Source: an uncultured Verrucomicrobiae bacterium
Lineage (GTDB): Bacteria > Verrucomicrobiota > Verrucomicrobiia > Chthoniobacterales > UBA10450
Reading direction: 5' to 3'
NCBI GenBank assembly: GCA_963772365.1
Contig: CAVYXA010000003.1
Location: 288,001-352,000, forward strand
Length of the DNA stretch: 64,000 bases
Positions within the stretch are counted from its first letter, which is position 1. The number at the start of each line of letters is the position of its first letter. The notes beneath the pieces were generated by a model, which saw only the letters and a list, made by a program, of their open reading frames with translations, was not told the DNA's origin and did no database searches. This document shows, piece by piece, positions 31,235-40,991 of this stretch. Position numbers and translations under genes: made by a program.

Positions 31235-32410
31235 TTATCCCATCCGAACAGCGTGCGTTTTATCGAGGCGCAAGATTTGCCCCGAACGCAACCGAATTTT
31301 CTCCTTTGGATCGACAATTTTTTTTCCGTCAAGCTGCACGCTCCCTTGCTTGATCAAGCGGCTCGCTTCCGCGCGAGACTTATTGATTTGGAAGCATTCT
31401 GAGTAAGCAGCGACGGTGATTCCAACAAGATCGTCGAAGGTCGCGGGAAGCGATGAAAATATTGGCAGGTCTGCTTCGGCAAGACGCTTTTCGCCAAATC
31501 GTGTATTCCAATCCTCCCGCGTCTGCTTTGCGACTTCAGGGGAATGAAAGGTTTGCACAATTTCGAAAGCGAGTTGCTTCTTAGCCTCGACGGGATGCGA
31601 ATCTTTCGGTAGTTCCCGGCCGAGCAGCAATGAATAATATCGCGACATCAAATCGTCCGAGATGCTCATCAGTTTACCAAACATGTCGGTAGCCGGCTCC
31701 GTGACACCGACGAAATTGCCCAGGCTTTTGCTCATTTTTTTCGACCCATCCAGACCTTCCAAGATTGGCAACAGAAACACGACCTGCTGCGGCATTCCTT
31801 CTTCCTTTTGAAAATCGCGGCCGACCAAAATGTTAAATAGCTGGTCGGTCCCGCCTAATTCAACATCGGCCTTCACCATCACCGAATCCCAACCTTGCAT
31901 GATCGGGTATTGCAACTCATGGGCATGGATTGCCTGCTGGTTGTCGATCCTGGCACGGAAATCTTCTCTCTGAAGCATCTGCTGAAGTGTGACGCGGCTG
32001 TTTAATCGAATGACATCTTCGTAGGTCATCTTCCGAAACCAATCACCGTTGAACACGATTTCCGTGCGATTCGAATCTAGGACTTTGAAGGCTTGTTGCC
32101 GATAAGTCTCCGCGTTGGCCATCACTTCTTCGCGGGTCAAATGCGGCCGCGTGGCCGAGCGCCCGCTTGGATCGCCTATCATTCCGGTGAAATCACCGAT
32201 GATTAAAACGCCCTGGTGACCGAGGTCTTGAAACTGGCGAAGCTTTCGCAAAACAACCGTGTGTCCCAAATGAATGTCTGCGCTGGTAGGATCGACACCC
32301 AACTTCACCCGCAAGGGACGCCCCAGCCTCAGCTTTTCGGCCAATTCGGCCTCGCTAATTATTTGGGCAGCGCCGCGTTTTAAGGCGCTCAGAGCGTCGT
32401 CAGGTTGCAT
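31235..32410 (-). CDS. tyrS: Tyrosine--tRNA ligase
   Basis: DPTSADIHLGH, GDPSG, ELGGTDQ, KMSKS, C-terminal S4 domain. Confidence 0.97.
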   Translation of the reverse strand: MQPDDALSALKRGAAQIISEAELAEKLRLGRPLRVKLGVDPTSADIHLGHTVVLRKLRQFQDLGHQGVLIIGDFTGMIGDPSGRSATRPHLTREEVMANAETYRQQAFKVLDSNRTEIVFNGDWFRKMTYEDVIRLNSRVTLQQMLQREDFRARIDNQQAIHAHELQYPIMQGWDSVMVKADVELGGTDQLFNILVGRDFQKEEGMPQQVVFLLPILEGLDGSKKMSKSLGNFVGVTEPATDMFGKLMSISDDLMSRYYSLLLGRELPKDSHPVEAKKQLAFEIVQTFHSPEVAKQTREDWNTRFGEKRLAEADLPIFSSLPATFDDLVGITVAAYSECFQINKSRAEASRLIKQGSVQLDGKKIVDPKEKIRLRSGQILRLDKTHAVRMG

Positions 32411-32426
32411 CGTTTACTGGGTATTT

Positions 32427-32519
32427 TGTCATTCTGAGCGAAGCGAAGAATCTCAAATCATTTCCACATCGATTGTCCGGGAAATCCGATTGAGATGTTT
32501 CGCTCAGCTCAACATGACA
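32427..32519. repeat. Palindromic element family B copy 1
   Basis: TGTCATTCTGAGCGAAGCGAAGAATCTC...GAGATGTTTCGCTCAGCTCAACATGACA; near-identical arms at 37534. Confidence 0.9.
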
Positions 32520-32569
32520 GAGGCAGGAATGGGTGGTGCTGCGAACAATGCGCTACACCGCGCCGCCCG

Positions 32570-33148
32570 CTACTTATTTTTATTCAGCAGCTCGCGCACT
32601 TCCTCGATCGTCATCGGACGGTTCTTCTGATTCAGCGACTTCTGGCTTTTCCCTTGATCGAGGAATTTGTGCTGCCCGGCAAATTGTTTGCCATCGACCG
32701 ACTTTTTCGAATCGCGCGCGGCATCGGGACCGCTCGCCATGCTGGTCGGATACTGTTTGCTTGAGTTTACAATCTGATTTCGAGAACTGGTATTCGCTTT
32801 TCGTTTAGCACTCGAAAAGGAGCCCGCGTCGTAATTCGAAGTCGAAAAATCGCGCGTCCCGGCAAATTGTTTCGATACCGGTCTTTGCTGCATATAAAAA
32901 GAGCCCAGCGTCGCCTTCTTTTGAACGGACGTCCGGTCAGCCGTAAATTTTTTGTTCTGCGCATCATTCTTCAGTTCCATGTCGGGACGAAGGAGGCGAT
33001 CAACCAGCTTGCGTTCCTGGTCCTGAGAGAACGCCCGCGCGACCAGAAGAAAACAAAGAAGACAAAATGTTACTGCGCAGCGCACGCGATCGAGGCTGAA
33101 GCAATGGGCGCGAAATTGTAAAGAAAATTGTCGATCTAATAATGGCAC
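32570..33148 (-). CDS. Hypothetical exported basic protein (start uncertain)
   Basis: Signal-like segment ending AFS|QDQERKL; Lys/Ser-rich body; C-terminus TIEEVRELLNKNK. Confidence 0.65.
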   Translation of the reverse strand: MPLLDRQFSLQFRAHCFSLDRVRCAVTFCLLCFLLVARAFSQDQERKLVDRLLRPDMELKNDAQNKKFTADRTSVQKKATLGSFYMQQRPVSKQFAGTRDFSTSNYDAGSFSSAKRKANTSSRNQIVNSSKQYPTSMASGPDAARDSKKSVDGKQFAGQHKFLDQGKSQKSLNQKNRPMTIEEVRELLNKNK

Positions 33149-33188
33149 GTTGCCGGGTGGTGCGGAAAATTCTATAACTCACGCGCGC

Positions 33189-33659
33189 ATGAATGAACCA
33201 GTTCCCGATGAATCTCATATGCGTGAAGCGCTGCGGCAGGCGGAGAAGGCGCGCGCGGCAGATGAAGTTCCCGTCGGTGCAGTCGTTGTTCGCGAAGGAA
33301 AGATTATTGCTCGCGCCTACAACCAGGTTGAATTGCTCAAGGACGCTACCGCTCATGCCGAGATGCTCGCCTTAACCCAGGCCGAAGAAGCAGTCGGCGA
33401 TTGGCGTCTAGTTGATTGCGATCTTTACGTCACAAAGGAGCCCTGCGTGATGTGCGCAGGCGCGCTCGTCCACACCCGAATCCGCCGGGTTGTTTTTGGC
33501 TGTGCCGATCCAAGAAGCGGCGGAGGCGGTGGCATTATCAATCTGCTCCAGCATCCGGCATTGAATCATCGCTGCCAGATTACAATGGGCGTATTGCAGG
33601 ATGAATGCGCGTCGATACTACAGGAATTTTTTCGCAACAAGCGCCTCGGGGATTTGTAG
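33189..33659 (+). CDS. tadA: tRNA adenosine(34) deaminase
   Basis: EVPVGAV, TAHAE, TKEPCVMCAGA. Confidence 0.95.
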   Translation: MNEPVPDESHMREALRQAEKARAADEVPVGAVVVREGKIIARAYNQVELLKDATAHAEMLALTQAEEAVGDWRLVDCDLYVTKEPCVMCAGALVHTRIRRVVFGCADPRSGGGGGIINLLQHPALNHRCQITMGVLQDECASILQEFFRNKRLGDL

Positions 33660-33718
33660 GGGAAGGTGACACCTTCCCCAGCACGCAGACAGACATGAAA
33701 CTGTCAGTTTCCCCTACA
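33655..33718. repeat. GTAG-type REP doublet
   Basis: TGTAGGGGAAGGTGACACCTTCCC...GAAACTGTCAGTTTCCCCTACA inverted pair overlapping the tadA stop. Confidence 0.7.
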
Positions 33719-33775
33719 GCGAATGCTCCCGCGAGTTGCAGGCGTTTTGGTTTTCAGCGATTAATCTGCTTCACT

Positions 33776-33846
33776 TGCCTCGTGGTGTAACGGTAGCACC
33801 GGAGATTCTGGATCTCCTTGTCTAGGTTCGAATCCTAGCGAGGCAG
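33776..33846 (+). tRNA. tRNA-Gln(CTG), CCA not encoded
   Basis: Acceptor TGCCTCG/CGAGGCA, anticodon arm GGAGA-TTCTGGA-TCTCC, T arm CTAGG-TTCGAAT-CCTAG. Confidence 0.96.
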
Positions 33847-33893
33847 ATAATTCTTCAAGCAAATTTTTCTGGGACTGAGTCAACTCGTTTTGA

Positions 33894-34829
33894 TCAGGAT
33901 GATAAAGCGGGCAAGACGATCTCATCGCCTTCGCGCGCGCCGATGATTTCCAACGTCGATTTGGAATTGGCTGCCAACGCCTGCGCTTGTTTCACCATTT
34001 CGTCTAGCATGGCATCATGGTGATTAGGATCATGATGGAATAGCACCAGCTTCTTGACTTGAGCATCACTACCCAGCCCTACTGCAGTTCCGATTGAACC
34101 ATGACCCCAGCCGACGTGCGACCGATATTCCTCGTCCGTGTACTGAACGTCGAGAATCAAAACGTCGCAGCGAGTCAAAAACTCGATCAACTCGGCTCGT
34201 CCCTTCTGCGCTCTTTCCTGCAGTTGCTGGGGACTGACCGAATCGGCTTTTACCGAGTGAAGTTTTAAGGCCTGGTACGGTTCGGTATCCGGCAGATAAG
34301 CAATTGCGCCGGCGCTGGTGTCCAGGCGATAACCCGCACAAACTCCCGGATGATTCATGAATCGCGAACGGACATGCACGTCGCCAATATCAAACTCCAT
34401 TTTTGGTGGTTTTCGGATGACGATCTTGCCGGGCAGATCAGAGAGTTCCACAGGAAAAAAAGGTATGGCCATTTGGCCTTTGAGGGTTTCCCGAAGGCCG
34501 GCATCCGTTCCGTCGTAGCCAAAGACCTGTATTTCACTCTTCTCGTTGTAAGCTGGACCGAAGAACGGGAACCCTTGAATGTGATCCCAATGCACATGGC
34601 TTATCAGCAAGCTGATCTTGATTGGCCGCGAACCAAACTCCTTTTCTAACGAATTCCCTAGCTCGCGGATGCCCGTCCCCGCATCGAGCACGATAATCTC
34701 GCCGTCGGCCCGGATTTCCACACAACTTGTGTTGCCGCCGTAACGCACCGTGCTTGGGCCGGGCACGGGAATCGATCCGCGAACACCCCAAAATTTTATA
34801 CGCGTAACCGACTCAGACGAAGCTGCCAT
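33894..34829 (-). CDS. MBL-fold metallo-hydrolase (RNase Z/phosphodiesterase-like)
   Basis: FWGVRGSIP, YGGNTSC, DAGTG, SHVHWDHIQG, GWGHGS, FHHDP. Confidence 0.9.
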   Translation of the reverse strand: MAASSESVTRIKFWGVRGSIPVPGPSTVRYGGNTSCVEIRADGEIIVLDAGTGIRELGNSLEKEFGSRPIKISLLISHVHWDHIQGFPFFGPAYNEKSEIQVFGYDGTDAGLRETLKGQMAIPFFPVELSDLPGKIVIRKPPKMEFDIGDVHVRSRFMNHPGVCAGYRLDTSAGAIAYLPDTEPYQALKLHSVKADSVSPQQLQERAQKGRAELIEFLTRCDVLILDVQYTDEEYRSHVGWGHGSIGTAVGLGSDAQVKKLVLFHHDPNHHDAMLDEMVKQAQALAANSKSTLEIIGAREGDEIVLPALSS

Positions 34830-34895
34830 GGACAAGAGAGCGATTTTGGCACGCAATTTTTGCGAAACCAAGAATTTTCACGATGGATGATTCCG

Positions 34896-35282
34896 CTATA
34901 ACAAACTCGGCCCGAAGGGGGCCGGCCCTTTTTTCCAGCGCAGTTCCGGATCCAGATTGATTTCTTCCGCAGGAATCTCGAAACCCACCGATCGCAGTAA
35001 ATAGGATACTCCTTCCCGGCTTTCCATTGTTTCTTTCAAACTCCGCGCAAACAATTCGATATATTCCTTGTACGAATCCAAGGCTAGTTTTCCATCGGCG
35101 AAATGTTCGGCGAGCACTTCGTCATGATAATCGATCAAATCAACGAGGGCCCGTCGCAGGTCCAAACGAACCTTCGGATCAATTACAACTTTAAACGGCG
35201 TGGCCGCCGGGTCGGCTTTGGCGAGCGGGCCTCGTTTTGCCTGGTGCTGCGCGCTCGCTGTGATTTGGAAATCGTGGTCCAT
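34896..35282 (-). CDS. Hypothetical protein
   Basis: 128-aa ORF with normal composition, co-oriented between hppA and the MBL gene. Confidence 0.65.
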   Translation of the reverse strand: MDHDFQITASAQHQAKRGPLAKADPAATPFKVVIDPKVRLDLRRALVDLIDYHDEVLAEHFADGKLALDSYKEYIELFARSLKETMESREGVSYLLRSVGFEIPAEEINLDPELRWKKGPAPFGPSLL

Positions 35283-35347
35283 CTTATGGCCACTGTCGAT
35301 CCTACCAGTTCCGAAGCGCTTGGCGAGCTTTAGAATCAGGATATTGG

Positions 35348-37426
35348 TTAAAAGAAAATCGGGATGATGAGGATCGCCAAGATATTCACCACCTTGATCA
35401 TCGGATTAATCGCCGGTCCCGCAGTATCCTTGTAGGGGTCGCCGACGGTGTCGCCCGTGACCGCCGCCTGATGGGCAAATGAGCCTTTGCCGCCGAGATT
35501 TCCTTCTTCGATGAACTTTTTCGCGTTATCCCAAGCGCCGCCACCGCTGGTCATCGCGATCGCGACAAATAATCCCGTTACAATGGTCCCGACCAACAGA
35601 CCGCCAAGAACCACCGGTCCGAGCGGTGGGATCATTGCTACCGCCACCACGAATGCGACAGGCAAAAGCGCTGGCACAATCATCTCCCGAAGCGCCGCTT
35701 TTGTCACAATATCGACGCAAGTCCCGTAGTCTGGCGTGTCTTGTCCTGTCAGAATTCCTGGCTTCGCCTGCAATTGACGTCGCACTTCGCGCACGACTGC
35801 CCCGGCCGCTTTCCCGACGGCGTCCATGCTGAACGCGGTAAAAATAAACGGAAGTAAGCCACCCAAAAAGAGGCCGATGATTACCTTTGGTTCGGTGAGA
35901 GAAAAGTGGAATGTGAACGGCGCCCCATTGCGTGTGACGTGTGCCTTCAACTCCTCGACATACGAGCCAAACAACACCAGCGCGGCCAATCCCGCCGAAG
36001 CGATGGCATAACCTTTGGTCACCGCTTTCATCGTATTGCCCACAGCATCGAGCTGATCGGTCACGTTGCGGACTTCCTTTGGCAGATTGCTCATGACCGC
36101 TACGCCGCCCGCGTTATCGGTGATCGGACCGAATGAATCGAGTGAGATAATGATTCCTGCCATCGACAACATCGACATCACCGCGATCGCGATCCCGTAG
36201 AGCCCGGCGAAATGAAAGCTCAGCAAAATCGCGATACCGATAAACCCCACCGGCAGCGCGGTGGCATGCTGCCCTACTGCCAGACCGGCGATGATGTTGG
36301 TCGCGTGTCCGGTCTCCGAGGCGTGAGCGATTTTCTGCACCGGCCGATAATGCATCGACGTGTAGTAATTCGTAATCACGACCACGACCGCGGTCATCAC
36401 CAAGCCAATAATTGACGCCAGATAAAGTTGCGTAGGCGACCGCAGCGTTCCGCTGATCGTAACGCCGGCAGGGAAAAGCCAGTGTGTTGTCGGCCAGAAA
36501 AGAATCGCTGAAACGACAGCGCTGGTTCCGACTGCGCCCATTAACACCGTTGCTGGTTTCCCTGCCGCGACGCTAACGAACAACACTCCGCAAATTGCCC
36601 CGAGCACTGAAATGCCACCGAGAACAAACGGATAAACGATGGCGGCAGGCACAGCACCGAGTGTGAGCGCGCCTACTAAAATCGCGCCGATCAAACTGAC
36701 GGCATAGGTTTCGAAAACATCCGCGGCCATGCCGGCGCAATCACCCACGTTATCGCCTACGTTGTCAGCAATCGTCGCCGGATTGCGCGGATCGTCCTCT
36801 TCCAGACCCGTTTCGATTTTACCGACGAGATCGGCGCCAACGTCAGCCGCTTTGGTATAAATGCCGCCGCCAAGCCGGGCGAACACGCTGATCAGACTTG
36901 CGCCTAAAGCCAGGCCGACAAGGCTGCGAATCGCCATATCGTGACCAACAATGTTGTTCGCGACAGTATAGAAAATTGCCACCGCCAGCAAAGCCAGCCC
37001 CACAACCAACAAACCGGTCACGGCACCGCCGTTAAATGCGATCCGCAAAGCCGAGATGAGCGATTGCGTTGCAGCTTGCGTTACGCGCACATTCGCGATT
37101 ACGGCGATGCGCATACCAATATAGCCCGCCGCGAGAGAACAAGAGGCGCCGACCACGAAGCCAATAGCCGTCGAGTGGTCCTTGAAGAAAAACAGTAGAA
37201 GGAAAATGATGACAGCGATTGCGCTGATCGTGATGACCTGCCGGTTCAAATATGCTTTGGCGCCTTCCTGAACGGCCGCGGAAATCTGTCGCATCCGTTC
37301 ATTACCAGAGGAGGCTTTCATGACGATGCCAATCAAGAACAGGGCAAAGACCAGCCCGATCCCGGCGCATATCATCGACAATGGCACTCCCCAATCGAGA
37401 AGAAAGTTGGCTGCAAGAAGAGTCAT
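35348..37426 (-). CDS. hppA: Membrane H+-translocating pyrophosphatase, predicted K+-independent
   Basis: [37 protein letters not shown]; Lys in GNTMKA. Confidence 0.95.
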   Translation of the reverse strand: MTLLAANFLLDWGVPLSMICAGIGLVFALFLIGIVMKASSGNERMRQISAAVQEGAKAYLNRQVITISAIAVIIFLLLFFFKDHSTAIGFVVGASCSLAAGYIGMRIAVIANVRVTQAATQSLISALRIAFNGGAVTGLLVVGLALLAVAIFYTVANNIVGHDMAIRSLVGLALGASLISVFARLGGGIYTKAADVGADLVGKIETGLEEDDPRNPATIADNVGDNVGDCAGMAADVFETYAVSLIGAILVGALTLGAVPAAIVYPFVLGGISVLGAICGVLFVSVAAGKPATVLMGAVGTSAVVSAILFWPTTHWLFPAGVTISGTLRSPTQLYLASIIGLVMTAVVVVITNYYTSMHYRPVQKIAHASETGHATNIIAGLAVGQHATALPVGFIGIAILLSFHFAGLYGIAIAVMSMLSMAGIIISLDSFGPITDNAGGVAVMSNLPKEVRNVTDQLDAVGNTMKAVTKGYAIASAGLAALVLFGSYVEELKAHVTRNGAPFTFHFSLTEPKVIIGLFLGGLLPFIFTAFSMDAVGKAAGAVVREVRRQLQAKPGILTGQDTPDYGTCVDIVTKAALREMIVPALLPVAFVVAVAMIPPLGPVVLGGLLVGTIVTGLFVAIAMTSGGGAWDNAKKFIEEGNLGGKGSFAHQAAVTGDTVGDPYKDTAGPAINPMIKVVNILAILIIPIFF

Positions 37427-37494
37427 GGGCGCTCGAATTAAAGCGCACGACTTTATGAAGAATCTGCCCGCTGGCAAAGCCTATCTTTTGAATG

Positions 37495-37530
37495 TGGAGT
37501 ATTGGAGTGGTGGAGTCTTGGAGGTATGGA
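37495..37530. repeat. 8-bp periodic TGGAGTnn repeat
   Basis: TGGAGTAT-TGGAGTGG-TGGAGTCT-TGGAGGTA-TGGA; complementary CCATCGCTCCAAT on the far side of the family B element. Confidence 0.6.
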
Positions 37531-37533
37531 TAT

Positions 37534-37625
37534 TGTCATTCTGAGCGAAGCGAAGAATCTCTGATCATTCCATGGGCGACGCTGGAACAAATGGTTTGAG
37601 ATGTTTCGCTCCGCTCAACATGACA
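37534..37625. repeat. Palindromic element family B copy 2
   Basis: Same arms as the 32427 copy with a different central spacer. Confidence 0.9.
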
Positions 37626-37641
37626 ACGACCCATCGCTCCA

Positions 37642-39027
37642 ATGCCTTCTGATATCCGCGTGCGATTCGCTCCCTCGCCGACCGGCTTTCTGCACATCGG
37701 CGGCGCTCGGACGGCTTTGTTTAATTGGCTGTTTGCCCGGCATCATGGCGGAAAATTCGTTCTGCGGATCGAAGATACCGATCGCACGCGCAACATTGAA
37801 GAAGGCATGGCTGCGATTTACGAAGGCCTGCGATGGTTGGGACTCGATTGGGATGAAGGACCGCACGTGGGCGGTGATTTTGGGCCGTATTTGCAAGGCG
37901 AACGCACACCGCTTTACGAGCGTTACCTGAAACAACTGCAGGACGCCGGTCATATTTTCGAAGATCAAGGCGCCATGCGGTTTCGTTCGCCGCGCGAGCA
38001 TGTCGTTGTCGATGATCTTGTCTGCGGCAGGATCGATTTCGATCTCAGCAACCCCGATACGCACCCGGACATGACCATTCGCCGCCCCGATGGCTCATGG
38101 ATTTTTCACTTCGTCAACGTGATCGATGATCTCGAAATGAAAATCTCGCACGTGATCCGGGGTGAAGATCATCTCTCAAATACGCCCAAACATATCGAGA
38201 TCATTCGTGCGCTCGGGGCCGAGCCGCCGCACTACGCCCATATCCCGCTCATCCTGAATCCCGGTGGCACTAAGATGAGCAAGCGGGACGAAGGCGCGCG
38301 GGTCGAGTATTACATTCGCCGCGGTTATTTGCCGGAAGCGGTCCGCAATTATCTCTGCCTGCTCGGCTGGTCGCCCAAGGATGATCGAGAAAAGATCGAG
38401 ATCGACGAAGTGATTCGAATCTTTGACCTTAAGAATATCCATCGAAACGCCGCCACGTTCGATCCGGCAAAGTTGCACTGGTTGAATGGCGAATACGCGC
38501 GCGAGCTGAACGACGCCGAATTTCATGATCTGGCGGTGAAAGAGCTGAGCGCCAGCGGAATTAAGATCGACAATTACTCCGCCGATTACGTCCGCGCCGC
38601 GCTCGCGACGTGCAAAGGCAAGATCAATACATTTGATGAGCTGCCAGGATACTGTGGTTTTTACTTCACCGACGATTTCGAATACAACGCCGAAGGCGCG
38701 GCGAAACATTTTACTCCCGAAAAAAAACCACTCCTGCGAGCCGTCCGCGCCGCTTTCGCCAGGATCGATCCGCCAGAGTCCGCCAGTCGGACGGGCTCGT
38801 CCGGTGGCGAGGACGGATTCGCCGTGGCGAACAAGTTCACCGCCGAGGAAATCGAGCGTACGATGAAATCAACTGCTGTTGATCTCGGGGTAAAGGTCGG
38901 CGCAATCGTGCACCCGACACGATTAGCCGTTACCGGCAGCAATGCCGGCCCCAGTCTATATCATCTGCTGGAAGTTCTCGGGAAAGAAAAAGTGCTGGCT
39001 CGAATTGATTGCGCGCTTGTGAAGTGA
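37642..39027 (+). CDS. gltX: Glutamate--tRNA ligase
   Basis: RFAPSPTGFLHIGG, RIEDTD, VIRGEDH, KMSKR, C-terminal anticodon-binding domain. Confidence 0.95.
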   Translation: MPSDIRVRFAPSPTGFLHIGGARTALFNWLFARHHGGKFVLRIEDTDRTRNIEEGMAAIYEGLRWLGLDWDEGPHVGGDFGPYLQGERTPLYERYLKQLQDAGHIFEDQGAMRFRSPREHVVVDDLVCGRIDFDLSNPDTHPDMTIRRPDGSWIFHFVNVIDDLEMKISHVIRGEDHLSNTPKHIEIIRALGAEPPHYAHIPLILNPGGTKMSKRDEGARVEYYIRRGYLPEAVRNYLCLLGWSPKDDREKIEIDEVIRIFDLKNIHRNAATFDPAKLHWLNGEYARELNDAEFHDLAVKELSASGIKIDNYSADYVRAALATCKGKINTFDELPGYCGFYFTDDFEYNAEGAAKHFTPEKKPLLRAVRAAFARIDPPESASRTGSSGGEDGFAVANKFTAEEIERTMKSTAVDLGVKVGAIVHPTRLAVTGSNAGPSLYHLLEVLGKEKVLARIDCALVK

Positions 39028-39084
39028 AAGACGCGCCTTGGTCAGAAGAACGGTTGCTCACGCTACAGTAGTCTCGTAAAGAGC

Positions 39085-40947
39085 ATGGCCAAACGAACGG
39101 GGCGAAAAAGAAAAACCGGGCGAACTATTGCAGTAAAGCGACACAGCGAGATCCGGCTCAGCCACCGCGCAACATTCCAGCGAGCGGATCTTCTCATCCT
39201 GCTCGGCTTGGCGGTAGCGACGGTTGGGATATATGCGCAAGTGATCGGCCATCAGTTCATCACTCTCGATGACCCGACGTACATCGAACAAAATCCGATG
39301 GTGAATCACGGCGTTAGCGGCGCCGGACTCGCCTGGGCTTTCAGCACCTTTTACGCGACAAACTGGCATCCGCTCACATGGATTTCACACATGATTGATT
39401 GCCAGCTCTTTGGCATGAACGCAGGCGGCCACCTGCTGGTCAACTCGCTGATTCATGCGGCAAACACATTGCTTGTCTTCTTGTTTCTGTTGCGAGCAAC
39501 TCACTCCCGGTGGCCGAGCGCACTTGTCGCCGCGCTTTTCGCGTTGCATCCGTTGCACGTGGAATCGGTTGCCTGGGCATCTGAACGCAAAGATACACTC
39601 TCCGCATTTTTTGGATTGCTCTCCCTGTTGGCTTATACGCGTTACGCGAAGTCACCTTCAATCAGTCGCTACACATGGGTCGTCATAACGCTCGCACTGG
39701 GCCTACTGGCTAAGCCGATGTTGGTGACGTGGCCGTTCGTACTATTGTTGCTCGATTACTGGCCGTTGCGCAGACCGGCACCTGTACCGAAGCTGGTCGT
39801 TGAAAAAATCCCGCTATTCGCCATCGCGGCGGCGTCGGCGATCATCACATTCATCGCACAATCTCATGGCGGGGCTGTGCGCACATTCAGGGATATTCCG
39901 ATTGCGCTGCGGCTTGCAAACGCGGTTGTGTCGTATGCGAAATACTTGCAGCTCAGCTTCTGGCCAAATGATCTGGCAATCTACTATCCGTTCGCAGCGG
40001 CAGGCATACTCGCCTGGCAGATTATTGGCGCGGTGTTCTTGCTGATCGGAGTTACCGCGTTTTGCTTTTCGCATCGGAAAATGCAGCCATATCTCATCGT
40101 GGGGTGGCTTTGGTTTCTCGGAACATTGGTTCCCGTCGTAGGAATTATTCAGGTAGGAGGGCAAACCATGGCGGACCGCTATTTTTACATTCCGTCGATT
40201 GGTTTATTCATTGCAGTGGTGTTCGGATTAGCCGACCTCGCCCGGAGTTGGCGTGTTACGCCATTGCTTAGCGCAGCAATAGCGAGCGGTGTTCTGTTGA
40301 TTCTGGCCACTCTTACAAACGCGCAGATTCATTACTGGCGTGACAGCTTCACTTTGTTTGAGCACACGCTCGCAGTCACTCCACCTAATCTCCACATTGA
40401 ACACAATCTCGGTCTGGCCATGGGCGGTAGTGGCAAATACGATGAGGCTGCAGCGCATTTCGAGAAGGCGTTGCAGATCGATCCCAATTTTTACGATGGC
40501 CTGGTGGGAATGGGCGTCACTCGTGGACTTCAGGGTCGGTTCCCGGAAGCCATCGAGTATTTCCATGCCGCAATCCGTTCAAAGCCGGACGCTCCCGCGG
40601 CCTACACAGAGCTTGCTCACGTACGTTGGAAGCAGAACCGCGATCAAGATGCGTTCGAGGAGCTGCAACGCGCGTCACAGTTGGCGCCCAAAGACGCAGA
40701 CATTCAGGCTGATTTCGGACTTGCGCTGGAGTTGGTGGGCAAAATGCCAGAGGCTATTGAGCAACTTCAAGAAGCGCTCCGGCTTAATCCGAACAATGCG
40801 GAGGCTCATGGCAATTTGGCGATGGCTCTGCTCTCCTCTGGCAAAGCGCGGGAAAGCATTGCCGAATTTGAGGCAGCCCTCCGTCTCAAGCCCGATTTGA
40901 AAGGCGCTGCGGATAATCTCCGCCGCGCCCGGGCGCAACCGAAGTGA
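39085..40947 (+). CDS. TMTC-like membrane glycosyltransferase with TPR repeats
   Basis: DD in first loop, WHPLT, HPLHVESVAWASERKD, ADRYFY, WRDS and about 5 C-terminal TPRs. Confidence 0.85.
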   Translation: MAKRTGRKRKTGRTIAVKRHSEIRLSHRATFQRADLLILLGLAVATVGIYAQVIGHQFITLDDPTYIEQNPMVNHGVSGAGLAWAFSTFYATNWHPLTWISHMIDCQLFGMNAGGHLLVNSLIHAANTLLVFLFLLRATHSRWPSALVAALFALHPLHVESVAWASERKDTLSAFFGLLSLLAYTRYAKSPSISRYTWVVITLALGLLAKPMLVTWPFVLLLLDYWPLRRPAPVPKLVVEKIPLFAIAAASAIITFIAQSHGGAVRTFRDIPIALRLANAVVSYAKYLQLSFWPNDLAIYYPFAAAGILAWQIIGAVFLLIGVTAFCFSHRKMQPYLIVGWLWFLGTLVPVVGIIQVGGQTMADRYFYIPSIGLFIAVVFGLADLARSWRVTPLLSAAIASGVLLILATLTNAQIHYWRDSFTLFEHTLAVTPPNLHIEHNLGLAMGGSGKYDEAAAHFEKALQIDPNFYDGLVGMGVTRGLQGRFPEAIEYFHAAIRSKPDAPAAYTELAHVRWKQNRDQDAFEELQRASQLAPKDADIQADFGLALELVGKMPEAIEQLQEALRLNPNNAEAHGNLAMALLSSGKARESIAEFEAALRLKPDLKGAADNLRRARAQPK

Positions 40948-40991
40948 CGATCGAAAGGCTTTGGCCTGATTGAACGAGCTCTGAAGACTTT

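Noticed and set aside
33776..33900. tRNA-Gln as an island integration site
   Set aside because: No integrase nearby and no duplicated tRNA 3' end noticed; flanks are housekeeping-like
32427..37625. Elements upstream of tyrS and gltX as T-box riboswitches
   Set aside because: Too short, simple palindromes, opposite orientation relative to the two genes, and no T-box antiterminator bulge recognised
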